Positions 31,870-47,374 of a DNA stretch of 64,000 bases are shown piece after piece (position 1 is the stretch's first letter; every line of letters begins with the position of its first letter). The DNA lies in assembly GCF_013122565.1 (NCBI RefSeq), contig NZ_CP053258.1, one strand, 5' to 3'. The notes beneath the pieces were generated by a model that worked only from the letters and a program-made list of their open reading frames with translations, was not told the DNA's origin and did not search any database. Position numbers and translations under genes: made by a program. The DNA comes from Escherichia coli (GTDB lineage Bacteria; Pseudomonadota; Gammaproteobacteria; Enterobacterales; Enterobacteriaceae).

Positions 31870-31886
31870 AATTGGTCTTACCAATT
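31870..31886. promoter_or_regulatory. PdhR operator at the pdhR promoter
   Basis: Perfect palindrome aattggtcttaccaatt (reverse complement AATTGGTAAGACCAATT) about 30 bp upstream of pdhR start. Confidence 0.8.
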
Positions 31887-32290
31887 TCATGTCTGTGACG
31901 CTAAAGTAACAAAGTATTCACCTTATGTCCATACAGGTTTTGATTGAAATCATGAAACTGTGCACATTTTAACAACTTGACATATATAACGTTTCAAAGT
32001 TGTAACTATGCACAAATGTAGACTTTACGTAGGAAAGGGATTTTTTAACGATTATTAAACTATAAAAATCCGAATTGAACCGATTCACTTACCAATTTTG
32101 TGATTTTTAATTCAGTTAAAACGAATTTAAATTCATTCTGCATATTGAGAGGGGTTGAGGCTGAGATTTACAAACGGTTTCTTTTTAAGCAACTCATCTT
32201 CAACCATGCATAAAGCGGGTGCATTCGCTGCCGCATACCATTATTCTTGATCTGACGGAAGTCTTTTTGTAACAATTCAAACTTCTTTGA

Positions 32291-32308
32291 TGTAAACAAA
32301 TTAATACA
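32291..32308 (+). promoter_or_regulatory. Candidate TyrR box in the aroP promoter region
   Basis: tgtaaacaaattaataca resembles TGTAAA-N6-TTTACA (left half exact, right half 4 of 6) about 70 bp upstream of aroP start. Confidence 0.35.
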
Positions 32309-32378
32309 ACAAACGGAATTGCAAACTTACACACGCATCACTGCGTAGATCAAAAAAACAATCACCGCACGAGGTTTC

Positions 32379-33752
32379 ATGATGGAAGGTCAACAGCACG
32401 GCGAGCAGCTAAAGCGCGGCCTTAAAAACCGCCATATTCAGCTTATCGCGCTGGGTGGCGCGATAGGGACAGGACTATTCCTGGGTAGCGCCTCCGTAAT
32501 ACAGTCCGCAGGGCCAGGAATTATCCTGGGTTACGCCATTGCTGGTTTTATCGCCTTTCTGATCATGCGTCAGCTGGGTGAAATGGTGGTCGAAGAACCT
32601 GTCGCAGGCTCCTTTAGCCACTTTGCTTATAAATACTGGGGCAGCTTTGCTGGCTTCGCTTCTGGCTGGAACTACTGGGTACTGTACGTTTTAGTTGCCA
32701 TGGCAGAGCTGACTGCTGTGGGTAAATACATTCAGTTCTGGTATCCGGAAATCCCAACTTGGGTTTCTGCCGCCGTGTTCTTTGTGGTGATTAACGCCAT
32801 CAACCTGACCAACGTAAAAGTGTTTGGTGAGATGGAGTTCTGGTTTGCCATTATCAAAGTTATTGCGGTAGTAGCGATGATCATCTTCGGCGGCTGGCTG
32901 CTGTTCAGTGGTAACGGCGGTCCGCAGGCAAGCGTTAGCAACCTGTGGGATCAGGGCGGTTTCCTGCCGCACGGCTTCACCGGGCTGGTGATGATGATGG
33001 CGATTATCATGTTCTCGTTCGGTGGTCTGGAACTGGTGGGGATCACCGCAGCAGAAGCTGATAACCCGGAGCAAAGTATCCCGAAAGCAACTAACCAGGT
33101 TATCTACCGCATCCTGATTTTCTATATTGGTTCGTTAGCCGTTCTGCTCTCACTGATGCCGTGGACCCGCGTTACCGCCGATACCAGTCCGTTTGTGCTG
33201 ATCTTCCACGAGTTAGGCGATACCTTTGTGGCGAATGCGCTGAACATCGTGGTACTGACTGCGGCGCTCTCCGTGTACAACAGCTGCGTATATTGCAACA
33301 GCCGTATGCTGTTTGGTCTGGCACAACAGGGTAACGCGCCAAAAGCGCTGGCGTCTGTCGATAAACGCGGCGTACCGGTTAACACCATTCTGGTGTCTGC
33401 GCTGGTTACAGCATTGTGCGTATTGATTAACTATCTTGCTCCGGAATCCGCATTTGGCCTGTTAATGGCACTGGTGGTATCCGCACTGGTGATCAACTGG
33501 GCGATGATCAGTCTGGCGCATATGAAGTTCCGTCGCGCCAAGCAGGAACAAGGCGTGGTAACTCGCTTCCCTGCTCTGCTTTATCCGCTGGGTAACTGGA
33601 TCTGCCTGCTGTTTATGGCGGCGGTACTGGTGATTATGCTGATGACCCCAGGAATGGCGATTTCGGTATACCTGATCCCGGTATGGCTGATCGTGTTAGG
33701 TATCGGCTATCTGTTTAAAGAGAAAACCGCCAAAGCCGTAAAAGCGCATTAA
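32379..33752 (+). CDS. aroP: Aromatic amino acid:proton symporter (APC family)
   Basis: Recognised AroP 457 aa (MMEGQQHGEQLKRGLKNRHIQLIALGGAIGTGLF…). Confidence 0.95.
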   Translation: MMEGQQHGEQLKRGLKNRHIQLIALGGAIGTGLFLGSASVIQSAGPGIILGYAIAGFIAFLIMRQLGEMVVEEPVAGSFSHFAYKYWGSFAGFASGWNYWVLYVLVAMAELTAVGKYIQFWYPEIPTWVSAAVFFVVINAINLTNVKVFGEMEFWFAIIKVIAVVAMIIFGGWLLFSGNGGPQASVSNLWDQGGFLPHGFTGLVMMMAIIMFSFGGLELVGITAAEADNPEQSIPKATNQVIYRILIFYIGSLAVLLSLMPWTRVTADTSPFVLIFHELGDTFVANALNIVVLTAALSVYNSCVYCNSRMLFGLAQQGNAPKALASVDKRGVPVNTILVSALVTALCVLINYLAPESAFGLLMALVVSALVINWAMISLAHMKFRRAKQEQGVVTRFPALLYPLGNWICLLFMAAVLVIMLMTPGMAISVYLIPVWLIVLGIGYLFKEKTAKAVKAH

Positions 33753-33761
33753 TCTCTCTAC

Positions 33762-33795
33762 GCCCTCACCCGTACAGGGTGAGGGCAATAATATT
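33762..33795. terminator. Bidirectional terminator between convergent aroP and ampE
   Basis: 10-bp stem gccctcaccc-gtaca-gggtgagggc followed by aataatattt. Confidence 0.7.
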
Positions 33796-34649
33796 TACAC
33801 CAACGCCCCGTAAATCGTCAGTAGCGCAATCACCACCACGACCACGAACGAGGTTTTCTTCGCCATTGAAACCGCTGCCTTCGGCGTCTCCACCTTATCG
33901 ACATGCGGTTCACGCGCCAGAGAGAACTGCGCCAGACGCGTTAATACCTGATATTGCGAAGTACGGAAATCACCCAGCGAAGCAAACCAGGCCGGTAACG
34001 CTTTCTCACCATGACCGATCAAGGCATATACCACACCTGCAAGACGAACCGGCACCCAATCCAGTACATGAAGCACTGCATCAATGCCGGACTGTAAACG
34101 ATGATGCGGCGTCTGGTATCGCGCCAGCCAGTATTGCCATGCACGCAAGAACGCATACCCCATCAGCGTAACGGGTCCCCAGGTTCCCCCCACAATCAGC
34201 CAGAACAGCGGTGCAAGATAAAAACGAAAGTTAATCCACAGCAATGCATTTTGCAGCTCACGCAAATACTCACGTTCGTCGCAGCCTGCCGGGACGCCGT
34301 GAATCATGGTGAGTTCGCCAGCCATCGTGGCACGGGCATGGCTATCATTACGTGAAGCAGCTGTCAGATAAGCATGATAATGAAGACGAACTTTACCTGC
34401 GCCAATACACAGCAAACCAATCAGCAGCCACACCAGCAGCGTGGGAACGTTGAACAATACTCCCTGCAATGCGCGTAACAGTAAAAAAGTCACGCCCATC
34501 GCAATAATGGTCATGCCTAACGTGCGCCCGAGAGAAAAATGTTTCACCCGCCGAAAGAACGCTTCAAGACGATGATCAAGCTGCCAGTGCTCGCCCAACT
34601 TAAACAGGCGCTCGAAAATTAACACCAGTAAGGTTGTAAATAGCGTCAT
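33795..34649 (-). CDS. ampE: Inner-membrane protein AmpE
   Basis: Recognised AmpE 284 aa ([23 protein letters not shown]…); start overlaps ampD stop (ATGA). Confidence 0.9.
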   Translation of the reverse strand: MTLFTTLLVLIFERLFKLGEHWQLDHRLEAFFRRVKHFSLGRTLGMTIIAMGVTFLLLRALQGVLFNVPTLLVWLLIGLLCIGAGKVRLHYHAYLTAASRNDSHARATMAGELTMIHGVPAGCDEREYLRELQNALLWINFRFYLAPLFWLIVGGTWGPVTLMGYAFLRAWQYWLARYQTPHHRLQSGIDAVLHVLDWVPVRLAGVVYALIGHGEKALPAWFASLGDFRTSQYQVLTRLAQFSLAREPHVDKVETPKAAVSMAKKTSFVVVVVIALLTIYGALV

Positions 34650-35197
34650 GTTGTCTCCTTGCTGACCAGCGCACGAAACCGTGCCCAATCAAATGCAGGA
34701 CCGGGATCGGTTTTCCGATCCGGCGCAATATCACAATGGCCCGTCATGTTTTTAGCGATATCCGGATAGCAATCAATCAGTGCCCGCGTAACCGCCGCAA
34801 GCTGTTGATACTGCGCATCGGTATACGCCAGCGTATCGGTGCCTTCAAGCTCAATCCCAATAGAAAAATCATTGCAGCGTTCGCGCCCCTGATACTGAGA
34901 GACTCCCGCATGCCAGGCACGTTTATCGAAAGGAACATACTGGACTATTTCACCATCACGGCGAATCAAACAGTGAGCGGAGACGCGCAAATGGGCGATC
35001 TCAGCAAAGAAAGGATGTACCTGCGGATCAATAGTTCCAGTGAATAATGCGTCGATCCACGGACCGCCAAACTCGCCTGGCGGCAGGCTAATATTGTGCA
35101 CCACCAGCAGGGTGGGTGTTTCGTCATCCGGGCGGCAATCGTAATGTGGTGAGGGAACGCGGCGCGCGCCAACCAGCCACCCCTGTTCTAACAACAT
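34646..35197 (-). CDS. ampD: 1,6-anhydro-N-acetylmuramyl-L-alanine amidase
   Basis: Recognised AmpD 183 aa ([26 protein letters not shown]…). Confidence 0.95.
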   Translation of the reverse strand: MLLEQGWLVGARRVPSPHYDCRPDDETPTLLVVHNISLPPGEFGGPWIDALFTGTIDPQVHPFFAEIAHLRVSAHCLIRRDGEIVQYVPFDKRAWHAGVSQYQGRERCNDFSIGIELEGTDTLAYTDAQYQQLAAVTRALIDCYPDIAKNMTGHCDIAPDRKTDPGPAFDWARFRALVSKETT

Positions 35198-35224
35198 GCA
35201 GGATCTCCTTATATGTGGTGCTAA

Positions 35225-36178
<954 letters not shown>

Positions 36179-36380
36179 TTGCTGACAGATTTATCCGCTC
36201 CATCGCGGGCGGATAATCTCCCCTTCCCCAACTTTCTTCGTAACGCCTCGCAAATTTCTTGTCTTTCGCTGCAACGAAATAAAAAACCTCGGAAGCTGCT
36301 TTCCCGTTTCGTTTTTTGCCCCTCGCTTGTGCTGATGGCGTTTGCCAAAGTAGCGCCAACCAAATCAAGGAGCGAAACAG

Positions 36381-36821
36381 ATGGACAAGCAACGCGGTTT
36401 TACACTTATCGAACTGATGGTGGTTATTGGCATCATTGCCATTTTAAGCGCCATTGGTATTCCCGCTTATCAAAACTACCTGCGCAAAGCCGCACTCACC
36501 GACATGCTACAAACCTTTGTGCCTTACCGTACCGCCGTAGAGTTGTGCGCGCTGGAACATGGTGGATTAGATACCTGCGACGGTGGCAGCAATGGCATTC
36601 CCTCGCCTACCACCACCCGCTATGTTTCAGCCATGAGTGTGGCAAAAGGCGTGGTGTCGCTGACCGGGCAAGAAAGTCTCAATGGGCTAAGCGTCGTCAT
36701 GACGCCGGGTTGGGATAACGCAAACGGCGTCACCGGCTGGACGCGCAACTGCAATATTCAAAGTGACAGCGCATTGCAGCAAGCCTGCGAAGATGTCTTC
36801 CGCTTTGATGACGCCAACTAA
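36381..36821 (+). CDS. ppdD: Type IV prepilin (prepilin peptidase-dependent pilin)
   Basis: Class III signal / N-methylation motif MDKQRGFTLIELMVVIGIIAILSAIGIPAYQNY; 146 aa. Confidence 0.9.
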   Translation: MDKQRGFTLIELMVVIGIIAILSAIGIPAYQNYLRKAALTDMLQTFVPYRTAVELCALEHGGLDTCDGGSNGIPSPTTTRYVSAMSVAKGVVSLTGQESLNGLSVVMTPGWDNANGVTGWTRNCNIQSDSALQQACEDVFRFDDAN

Positions 36822-36830
36822 GGAGCGGCA

Positions 36831-38216
36831 ATGAATATTCCACAGCTCACGGCCCTGTGTCTGCGTTATCAGGGAGTCTTGCTGGATGCCAGCGAAGAAG
36901 TGGTTCATGTTGCGGTGGTCGATGCCCCCTCACATGAGTTGCTGGACGCATTGCATTTCGCTACCACCAAACGTATTGAGATCACCTGCTGGACGCGCCA
37001 ACAAATGGAAGGTCACGCCAGTCGCACACAACAGACATTGCCCGTAGCTGTTCAGGAGAAGCATCAGCCCAAAGCAGAGTTGCTGACTCGAACGTTACAA
37101 TCTGCGCTGGCACAACGCGCGTCTGATATTCATATCGAACCAGCGGACAATGCCTACCGCATCCGCTTGCGTATCGACGGCGTATTGCATCCTTTACCGG
37201 ATGTTTCACCGGATGCCGGAGTCGCATTAACCGCCAGATTAAAAGTGCTGGGAAACCTGGATATTGCGGAACATCGCCTGCCGCAGGACGGGCAATTCAC
37301 TGTCGAACTGGCAGGAAACGCCGTCTCATTTCGTATTGCGACCTTACCATGTCGGGGTGGTGAAAAGGTGGTATTAAGGTTGTTACAGCAGGTGAGCCAG
37401 GCACTGGATGTTAACACGCTGGGAATGCAGCCGTTACAACTGGCGGACTTTGCTCATGCCTTGCAACAACCACAGGGACTGGTGCTGGTAACTGGCCCTA
37501 CCGGCAGCGGCAAAACGGTCACGCTTTATAGTGCCCTGCAAACGCTGAATACCGCTGACATTAATATTTGTAGCGTCGAAGATCCGGTTGAGATCCCCAT
37601 AGCCGGACTAAACCAGACGCAAATTCATCCGCGTGCCGGACTCACCTTTCAGGGCGTTTTGCGTGCGTTATTGCGCCAGGATCCTGACGTCATCATGATC
37701 GGAGAGATCCGCGATGGCGAAACGGCAGAAATTGCCATTAAAGCCGCGCAAACCGGTCACCTGGTGTTGTCTACCCTACACACTAATTCCACCTGCGAAA
37801 CGCTGGTACGTTTACAGCAAATGGGAGTCGCCCGCTGGATGCTCTCATCAGCGCTTACGCTGGTAATAGCCCAGCGTCTGGTACGTAAACTTTGCCCACA
37901 TTGTCGCCGCCAGCAAGGGGAGCCCATCCATATTCCAGACAATGTATGGCCGTCGCCGCTGCCCCATTGGCAGGCACCCGGTTGTGTACATTGCTACCAC
38001 GGTTTTTATGGTCGCACTGCCTTATTTGAAGTTCTGCCCATAACACCGGTCATACGTCAGCTTATTTCCGCTAATACCGACGTTGAATCGCTGGAAACGC
38101 ACGCCCGACAGGCGGGTATGCGAACGCTTTTTGAAAACGGCTGCCTGGCCGTGGAGCAAGGTTTAACCACCTTTGAAGAGTTAATCCGCGTACTGGGGAT
38201 GCCGCATGGCGAGTAA
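36831..38216 (+). CDS. hofB: Type IV pilus assembly ATPase (PilB/GspE family)
   Basis: Walker A GPTGSGKT, Asp and His boxes, C-terminal tetra-Cys motif (CPHC…CVHC). Confidence 0.9.
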   Translation: MNIPQLTALCLRYQGVLLDASEEVVHVAVVDAPSHELLDALHFATTKRIEITCWTRQQMEGHASRTQQTLPVAVQEKHQPKAELLTRTLQSALAQRASDIHIEPADNAYRIRLRIDGVLHPLPDVSPDAGVALTARLKVLGNLDIAEHRLPQDGQFTVELAGNAVSFRIATLPCRGGEKVVLRLLQQVSQALDVNTLGMQPLQLADFAHALQQPQGLVLVTGPTGSGKTVTLYSALQTLNTADINICSVEDPVEIPIAGLNQTQIHPRAGLTFQGVLRALLRQDPDVIMIGEIRDGETAEIAIKAAQTGHLVLSTLHTNSTCETLVRLQQMGVARWMLSSALTLVIAQRLVRKLCPHCRRQQGEPIHIPDNVWPSPLPHWQAPGCVHCYHGFYGRTALFEVLPITPVIRQLISANTDVESLETHARQAGMRTLFENGCLAVEQGLTTFEELIRVLGMPHGE

Positions 38217-39408
38217 GCAACTCTGGCGCTGGCATGGCATAACCGGCGACGGCAATGCGCAAGATGGGATGCGATGGGCAGAGAGCCGTGCTTTGCTGCT
38301 CATGGCACTACAGCAACAGATGGTTACTCCACTAAGCCTGAAGCGAATTGCTATCAATTCTGCGCAGTGGCGAGGAGATAAAAGCGCGGAAGTCATTCAT
38401 CAACTGGCGACGCTACTTAAAGCCGGGTTAACGCTTTCTGAAGGGCTGGCTCTGCTGGCGGAACAGCATCCCAGTAAGCAATGGCAAGCGTTGCTGCAAT
38501 CGCTGGCGCACGATCTCGAACAGGGCATTGCTTTTTCCAATGCCTTATTACCCTGGTCAGAGGTATTTCCGCCGCTCTATCAGGCGATGATCCGCACGGG
38601 TGAACTGACCGGTAAGCTTGATGAATGCTGCTTTGAACTGGCGCGTCAGCAAAAAGCCCAGCGTCAGTTGACCGACAAAGTGAAATCAGCGTTGCGTTAT
38701 CCCATCATCATTTTAGCGATGGCAATCATGGTGGTTGTGGCAATGCTGCATTTTGTTCTGCCGGAGTTTGCCGCTATATATAAGACCTTCAACACCCCAC
38801 TACCGGCACTAACGCAGGGGATCATGACGCTGGCAGACTTTAGTGGCGAATGGAGCTGGCTGCTGGTGTTGTTCGGCTTTCTGCTGGCGATAGCCAATAA
38901 GTTGCTGATGCGCCGCCCGACCTGGCTTATCGCGCGGCAGAAATTGCTGTTACGCATCCCGATTATGGGTTCACTGATGCGGGGACAAAAACTCACGCAG
39001 ATCTTTACGATTCTGGCGCTGACTCAAAGTGCAGGCATTACTTTTTTACAGGGCGTAGAGAGCGTCAGAGAAACAATGCGCTGCCCGTACTGGATGCAAC
39101 TTCTGACACAAATCCAGCACGATATCAGTAACGGTCATCCCATCTGGCTGGCGTTAAAAAATGCCGGTGAGTTTAGCCCGCTCTGTTTGCAATTAGTGAG
39201 AACGGGAGAGGCCTCCGGCTCGCTGGATCTCATGTTAGACAACCTCGCCCATCATCATCGGGATAACACAATGGCGCTGGCGGATAACCTAGCAGCCTTA
39301 CTGGAACCGGCGTTGCTGATCATAACGGGAGGAATTATCGGTACGCTGGTGGTGGCGATGTATCTGCCAATTTTCCATTTAGGCGATGCGATGAGTGGGA
39401 TGGGATAA
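38206..39408 (+). CDS. hofC: Type IV pilus inner-membrane platform protein (PilC/GspF family)
   Basis: 400-aa polytopic protein with duplicated GspF domain; start overlaps hofB stop. Confidence 0.9.
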   Translation: MASKQLWRWHGITGDGNAQDGMRWAESRALLLMALQQQMVTPLSLKRIAINSAQWRGDKSAEVIHQLATLLKAGLTLSEGLALLAEQHPSKQWQALLQSLAHDLEQGIAFSNALLPWSEVFPPLYQAMIRTGELTGKLDECCFELARQQKAQRQLTDKVKSALRYPIIILAMAIMVVVAMLHFVLPEFAAIYKTFNTPLPALTQGIMTLADFSGEWSWLLVLFGFLLAIANKLLMRRPTWLIARQKLLLRIPIMGSLMRGQKLTQIFTILALTQSAGITFLQGVESVRETMRCPYWMQLLTQIQHDISNGHPIWLALKNAGEFSPLCLQLVRTGEASGSLDLMLDNLAHHHRDNTMALADNLAALLEPALLIITGGIIGTLVVAMYLPIFHLGDAMSGMG

Positions 39409-39434
39409 CGCTGGCGTGTTGCTCCACACCAGCG
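39409..39434. terminator. Hairpin between convergent hofC and guaC
   Basis: cgctggcgtg-ttgctc-cacaccagcg, 10-bp stem with one mismatch. Confidence 0.45.
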
Positions 39435-39442
39435 TTGGAAGA

Positions 39443-40486
39443 TTACAGGTTGTTGAAGATGCGGTTTTCTTGTTCCTGCACACGGATAAATGTGGTGCGC
39501 TTGGTCAGTTCTTTCAGGCGTGAAGCCCCAACGTATGTACAAGCTGAACGCAGGCCGCCCAAAATATCACGCGCGGTATTTTCAACCGGGCCTCGCAGCG
39601 GCAGCTTAACGGTTTTACCTTCTGCTGCGCGATATTCCGCAACGCCGCCAACGTGACGTTTCATCGCAGACTCGGAGCTCATGCCGTAGAACAGCATAAA
39701 TTTCTCGCCGTTCTCCTCAACGATGCGACCGCCGCTCTCTTCGTGGCCCGCCAGCATGCCGCCAAGCATGACGAAATCGGCACCGCCGCCAAAAGCTTTC
39801 GCGACATCGCCCGGCGTGGTGCAGCCACCATCGCTGACGATCATTCCGCCCAGACCGTGCGCAGCATCGGCACATTCGATTACCGCAGAAAGTTGCGGAT
39901 AACCGACGCCTGTTTTGACACGAGTTGTACAAACAGAACCTGGGCCAATGCCAACTTTAACGATATCGGCACCGGAGAGGATAAGCTCCTCACACATTTC
40001 ACCAGTCACTACGTTGCCAGCACAAATGGTTTTGGTCGGCCACGCTTCACGCGCTTTCGCAACGAACTGCACGAAGTGTTCGGAATAACCATTCGCCACA
40101 TCAATACAAACGAAGTTTAATGCCGGGTTCAGGTCGAGAATCTGTTTAGTTTTTTCGAAATCCGCATTTGACGTACCGGTAGAAACCATCACATGTTTCA
40201 GCACATCAGCGGAAGAATTGTTGATAAACGCTTGCCACTCTTCGACAGAATAGTGTTTATGCACAGCAGTCAAAATATCAAAAGAAGCCAGCGCAGAGGC
40301 CATAGAAAATGTGCCTACGGTGTCCATATTTGCGGCGATAATCGGCACGCCGGACCAGCTCTGACCTGAATGTTTGAAGGTGAATTGACGTTCCAGTTCA
40401 ACATCGGAACGGCTTTTAAGAGTGGAGCGTTTAGGGCGGATGAGAACGTCTTTAAAACCTAACTTCAGATCTTCTTCAATACGCAT
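39443..40486 (-). CDS. guaC: GMP reductase
   Basis: Recognised GuaC 347 aa ([29 protein letters not shown]…). Confidence 0.95.
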   Translation of the reverse strand: MRIEEDLKLGFKDVLIRPKRSTLKSRSDVELERQFTFKHSGQSWSGVPIIAANMDTVGTFSMASALASFDILTAVHKHYSVEEWQAFINNSSADVLKHVMVSTGTSNADFEKTKQILDLNPALNFVCIDVANGYSEHFVQFVAKAREAWPTKTICAGNVVTGEMCEELILSGADIVKVGIGPGSVCTTRVKTGVGYPQLSAVIECADAAHGLGGMIVSDGGCTTPGDVAKAFGGGADFVMLGGMLAGHEESGGRIVEENGEKFMLFYGMSSESAMKRHVGGVAEYRAAEGKTVKLPLRGPVENTARDILGGLRSACTYVGASRLKELTKRTTFIRVQEQENRIFNNL

Positions 40487-40710
40487 GTGCGGATTCCTGG
40501 GGTTAATGGCTATAAGGGTAAGAGCGCAACTCCAGTGACGCTATCATACGCACTAATCAATGCGGCGCAAGACTGCGAAATTGTCTTTTTTTACGCTACA
40601 ATCCCATAAATTTACCTGGTAAATAGTGAGCGAACGTTTCATCAATTTCGCTTTCGTGCGCTCATTTTTAACGTTTTGATAATCATGATGAATTCCCGGG
40701 AATATAAATT

Positions 40711-42074
<1,364 letters not shown>

Positions 42075-42083
42075 GGAGTAAAA

Positions 42084-42281
42084 ATGTCAGAAACTATTAC
42101 GGTGAATTGCCCAACCTGCGGGAAAACGGTGGTGTGGGGTGAAATTAGCCCGTTTCGGCCATTTTGCTCCAAACGTTGTCAGTTGATCGACCTCGGAGAA
42201 TGGGCTGCTGAAGAAAAACGAATCCCCAGCAGTGGCGATCTTTCCGAAAGCGATGACTGGAGCGAAGAACCAAAGCAGTGA
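42084..42281 (+). CDS. yacG: DNA gyrase inhibitor YacG (zinc-finger protein)
   Basis: 65-aa protein with CPTC…C..C zinc ribbon ([40 protein letters not shown]). Confidence 0.9.
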
Positions 42282-42290
42282 CATTTGTCT

Positions 42291-42384
<94 letters not shown>

Positions 42385-42397
42385 AGACTTATCTGAC

Positions 42398-42787
42398 CTA
42401 CAGACGTTTAAGCTTCGCAATTACCGGTTCATTGGCTGGCGGAAAATCATCGGCATTAAGACCGACCAGCGACATCCACTTACCGGGTTGCCCTTCTTTA
42501 CCCCACGGCTCCCCTTCCCAGCTTTCGACCAGCCAGAACCACAGAGTTATATGCCTGTCCGGGAATTCATATTCCAGTTTTTCAAAGAGCGAAAAATGTT
42601 GTGGGGTAATCCCGACTTCTTCCTGAAGTTCACGCACCACCGCCTGTTCCGGCGTTTCGCCCATTTCAATTTTACCGCCGGGAAACTCCAGTTTATTCGC
42701 CATGTGCGCATCTGCTGCGCGACGCGTTATAAAGATTTCATTGTTCTCGTTGCGAATAATACCTACCGCAATTTGCAGCTTTTTCAT
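42398..42787 (-). CDS. mutT: 8-oxo-dGTP diphosphatase (Nudix)
   Basis: Recognised MutT 129 aa; Nudix box GGKIEMGETPEQAVVRELQEEVGI. Confidence 0.95.
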   Translation of the reverse strand: MKKLQIAVGIIRNENNEIFITRRAADAHMANKLEFPGGKIEMGETPEQAVVRELQEEVGITPQHFSLFEKLEYEFPDRHITLWFWLVESWEGEPWGKEGQPGKWMSLVGLNADDFPPANEPVIAKLKRL

Positions 42788-42801
42788 TGTCTTAAACCTA
42801 T

Positions 42802-42830
42802 AAAAAAGGCGCAGAATCCTGCGCCTTTTA
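42802..42830 (-). terminator. Intrinsic terminator downstream of secA
   Basis: Minus-strand aaaaggcgcag-gatt-ctgcgcc followed by tttttt, between secA stop and mutT start. Confidence 0.7.
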
Positions 42831-42846
42831 CTTCAACTGTTAGCTT

Positions 42847-45552
42847 TTATTGCAGGCGACCATGGCACTGCTTGTATTTTTTACCAGAACCGCACGGGCA
42901 AGGATCGTTACGTCCTACTTTGCGTTCACCGGTTTGCGCCGCCAGTGCAGCTGCGGCTGCAGAGTCGTCATCCTGATGGCTAAGCTGCTGCATTTGCGCT
43001 AAACGCTCGGCTTCCATACGACGCTGTTGTTCCAGCTCCTCAACCTCTTCAGGCATACGTACCTGAACTTTGCTCAGCGTACTGATAACTTCATATTTCA
43101 ACGACTCCAGCATCGCTGCAAACATGGAGAACGATTCACGTTTGTATTCCTGCTTCGGATCTTTCTGTGCATAGCCACGCAGGTGGATACCCTGACGCAG
43201 ATAGTCCATCGCTGCCAGGTGCTCTTTCCACAGGGAGTCAAGCGTTTGCAGCATGACGCCTTTCTCGAAGTGACGCATCATCTCAGCACCAACCACTTCT
43301 TCTTTACGCTGATACACTTCGATGGACTGCGCCAGAATGCGCTCACGCAGCGTCTCTTCATGCAGTTCGGGTTCTTTATCCAGCCACTCAGCAATTGGTA
43401 AATCGAGGTCGAAATCGTTCTTCAGACGTTCCTGCAGCCCCGGAATATCCCACATTTCTTCCAGCGACTGTGGCGGAATGTAGGCATCAATGGTGGCTTT
43501 GAACACATCTTCACGAATGCTGTTGATGGTTTCGCTCACATCGCTGACATCCAGCAGTTCGTTACGCTGGGAGTAAATGGCGCGACGCTGATCGTTAGCC
43601 ACGTCATCATATTCCAGCAGTTGCTTACGAATGTCGAAGTTACGGCTTTCAACTTTACGCTGGGCGTTGGCAATCGCTTTGGTCACCCACGGGTGTTCAA
43701 TGGCTTCGCCTGGCTTCATACCCAGTTTACGCATCATGCCGGATACTCGGTCGGAAGCAAAAATACGCATCAGCGCATCTTCCATCGACAGGTAGAAACG
43801 GGAAGAACCAGCATCCCCCTGACGACCAGAACGACCGCGCAACTGGTTATCGATACGACGGGATTCGTGACGCTCGGTACCGATGATATGCAGGCCACCT
43901 GCTGCCAGTACCGCATCGTGACGTACCTGCCAGTCGGCTTTAATTTTTTCAATTTGCTCTGCGGTCGGATTTTCCAGCGCGGCAACTTCTGCCTGCCAGC
44001 TACCACCGAGCACAATATCTGTACCACGACCCGCCATGTTGGTCGCGATAGTCACCGCAGCCGGATAACCTGCCTGAGCAACAATCGCCGCTTCGTTGGC
44101 GTGGAATTTGGCGTTCAGGACATTGTGCTTAATACCGGCTTTGGTCAGTTCGTTTGACACCAGCTCCGATTTTTCGATGGAGATAGTACCCACCAGCACC
44201 GGCTGGCCTTTCGCAGTACGTTCTTTGATATCTTCAATGATCGCCTGAATTTTTTCCGCTTCAGTCATGTAGACCAGGTCCGGCAAATCTTTACGAATCA
44301 TTGGACGGTTGGTCGGAACAACGACGGTATCCAGTTTGTAGATGGAGCTAAATTCGAAAGCTTCGGTATCAGCAGTACCGGTCATCCCCGCCAGTTTTTC
44401 ATACAGACGGAAGTAGTTCTGGAAGGTGATCGAAGCCAGCGTTTGGTTTTCGTTCTGGATCTGCACACCTTCTTTCGCTTCCACAGCCTGGTGCAGACCA
44501 TCGGACCAGCGACGGCCCTGCATGGTACGACCGGTGTGTTCGTCAACGATGATAACTTCACCATCTTTAACGATGTAGTCGACGTCACGGGTAAACAGCG
44601 CATGAGCGCGCAGCGCCGCCGTTACGTGGTGCATCAGCATGATGTTGGCCGGAGAGTACAGAGACTCCCCTTCATCCATGATGCCCTCTTTCACCAGCAG
44701 TTCTTCAATCAGCACCAGACCACGTTCGGTCAGGTTCACCTGGCGAGATTTTTCGTCCACCGAGAAGTGGCCTTCGCCCTGGAAGGTTTCGGAGTCTTCT
44801 TTTTCCTGACGGATCAGGTGCGGAATAATTTTATTCACGCGTTTATACATTTCCGAGCTGTCTTCTGCCGGGCCAGAAATGATCAGCGGTGTACGCGCTT
44901 CATCGATCAGGATGGAGTCCACTTCGTCCACCAGCGCATAGTGCAGTTTACGCTGTACACGTTCTTCAGGACTGAACGCCATGTTGTCGCGCAGGTAGTC
45001 AAAGCCGTATTCGTTGTTCGTACCGTAAGTGATGTCAGCTGCGTAGGCTTCACGCTTTGCCGGTGCTGGCATGCCCGGCAGGTTGATACCGACAGTCAGG
45101 CCAAGGAATTCAAACAGTGGACGGTTGTTTTCGGCGTCACGTTGCGCCAGGTAGTCGTTGACGGTAACTACATGCACACCTTTACCGGTTAGTGCGTTCA
45201 GGTAAGCAGGCAGCGTTGCGGTCAGGGTTTTACCTTCACCGGTACGCATTTCGGCGATGCAGCGTTCGTTAAGAACCATACCGCCGAGTAACTGAACGTC
45301 GAAGTGACGCATACCAAAGACGCGCTTACTTGCCTCACGTACCACGGCGAAAGCTTCCGGGATCAGATTTTCCAGCACTTCGCCTTTTTCCAGACGCGCA
45401 CGAAACTCTGCGGTTTTCCCTTTCAGTTCTTCGTCGGAGAGTTTTTCCATCTCCGGTTCCATGGCATTGATGATGTTGACCACTTTGCGCATCCGGCGCA
45501 GGGTGCGATCGTTACGACTACCGAAAACTTTAGTTAATAATTTGATTAGCAT
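42847..45552 (-). CDS. secA: Preprotein translocase ATPase SecA
   Basis: Recognised SecA 901 aa ([26 protein letters not shown]…) with C-terminal zinc motif [14 protein letters not shown]. Confidence 0.97.
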   Translation of the reverse strand: MLIKLLTKVFGSRNDRTLRRMRKVVNIINAMEPEMEKLSDEELKGKTAEFRARLEKGEVLENLIPEAFAVVREASKRVFGMRHFDVQLLGGMVLNERCIAEMRTGEGKTLTATLPAYLNALTGKGVHVVTVNDYLAQRDAENNRPLFEFLGLTVGINLPGMPAPAKREAYAADITYGTNNEYGFDYLRDNMAFSPEERVQRKLHYALVDEVDSILIDEARTPLIISGPAEDSSEMYKRVNKIIPHLIRQEKEDSETFQGEGHFSVDEKSRQVNLTERGLVLIEELLVKEGIMDEGESLYSPANIMLMHHVTAALRAHALFTRDVDYIVKDGEVIIVDEHTGRTMQGRRWSDGLHQAVEAKEGVQIQNENQTLASITFQNYFRLYEKLAGMTGTADTEAFEFSSIYKLDTVVVPTNRPMIRKDLPDLVYMTEAEKIQAIIEDIKERTAKGQPVLVGTISIEKSELVSNELTKAGIKHNVLNAKFHANEAAIVAQAGYPAAVTIATNMAGRGTDIVLGGSWQAEVAALENPTAEQIEKIKADWQVRHDAVLAAGGLHIIGTERHESRRIDNQLRGRSGRQGDAGSSRFYLSMEDALMRIFASDRVSGMMRKLGMKPGEAIEHPWVTKAIANAQRKVESRNFDIRKQLLEYDDVANDQRRAIYSQRNELLDVSDVSETINSIREDVFKATIDAYIPPQSLEEMWDIPGLQERLKNDFDLDLPIAEWLDKEPELHEETLRERILAQSIEVYQRKEEVVGAEMMRHFEKGVMLQTLDSLWKEHLAAMDYLRQGIHLRGYAQKDPKQEYKRESFSMFAAMLESLKYEVISTLSKVQVRMPEEVEELEQQRRMEAERLAQMQQLSHQDDDSAAAAALAAQTGERKVGRNDPCPCGSGKKYKQCHGRLQ

Positions 45553-45613
45553 AATAAAATCTCAAACGCCCCGCGTTGCGGAGTTAATAAAATGAAGTAA
45601 AGGTTTATTGTTG

Positions 45614-46294
<681 letters not shown>

Positions 46295-46356
46295 TCACCT
46301 GGCCGGAGAGAGTGCCAGATTTGCCAGTCGAATTTTATACGACAGTATAAATGTCG

Positions 46357-47295
<939 letters not shown>

Positions 47296-47374
47296 CTATC
47301 CAACCGAAGTGTACTATACATTCGGCGGGCCAGTTTAGCACAAAGAGCCTCGAAACCCAAATTCCAGTCAATTC

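Noticed and set aside
36179-36718. 179-aa ORF spanning the nadC-ppdD intergenic region into ppdD
   Set aside because: Overlaps ppdD in another frame with no start context; ppdD has a clear prepilin signature.
43027-45192. Several 120-250-aa ORFs on the + strand
   Set aside because: All lie inside secA on the opposite strand and have no independent coding signal.
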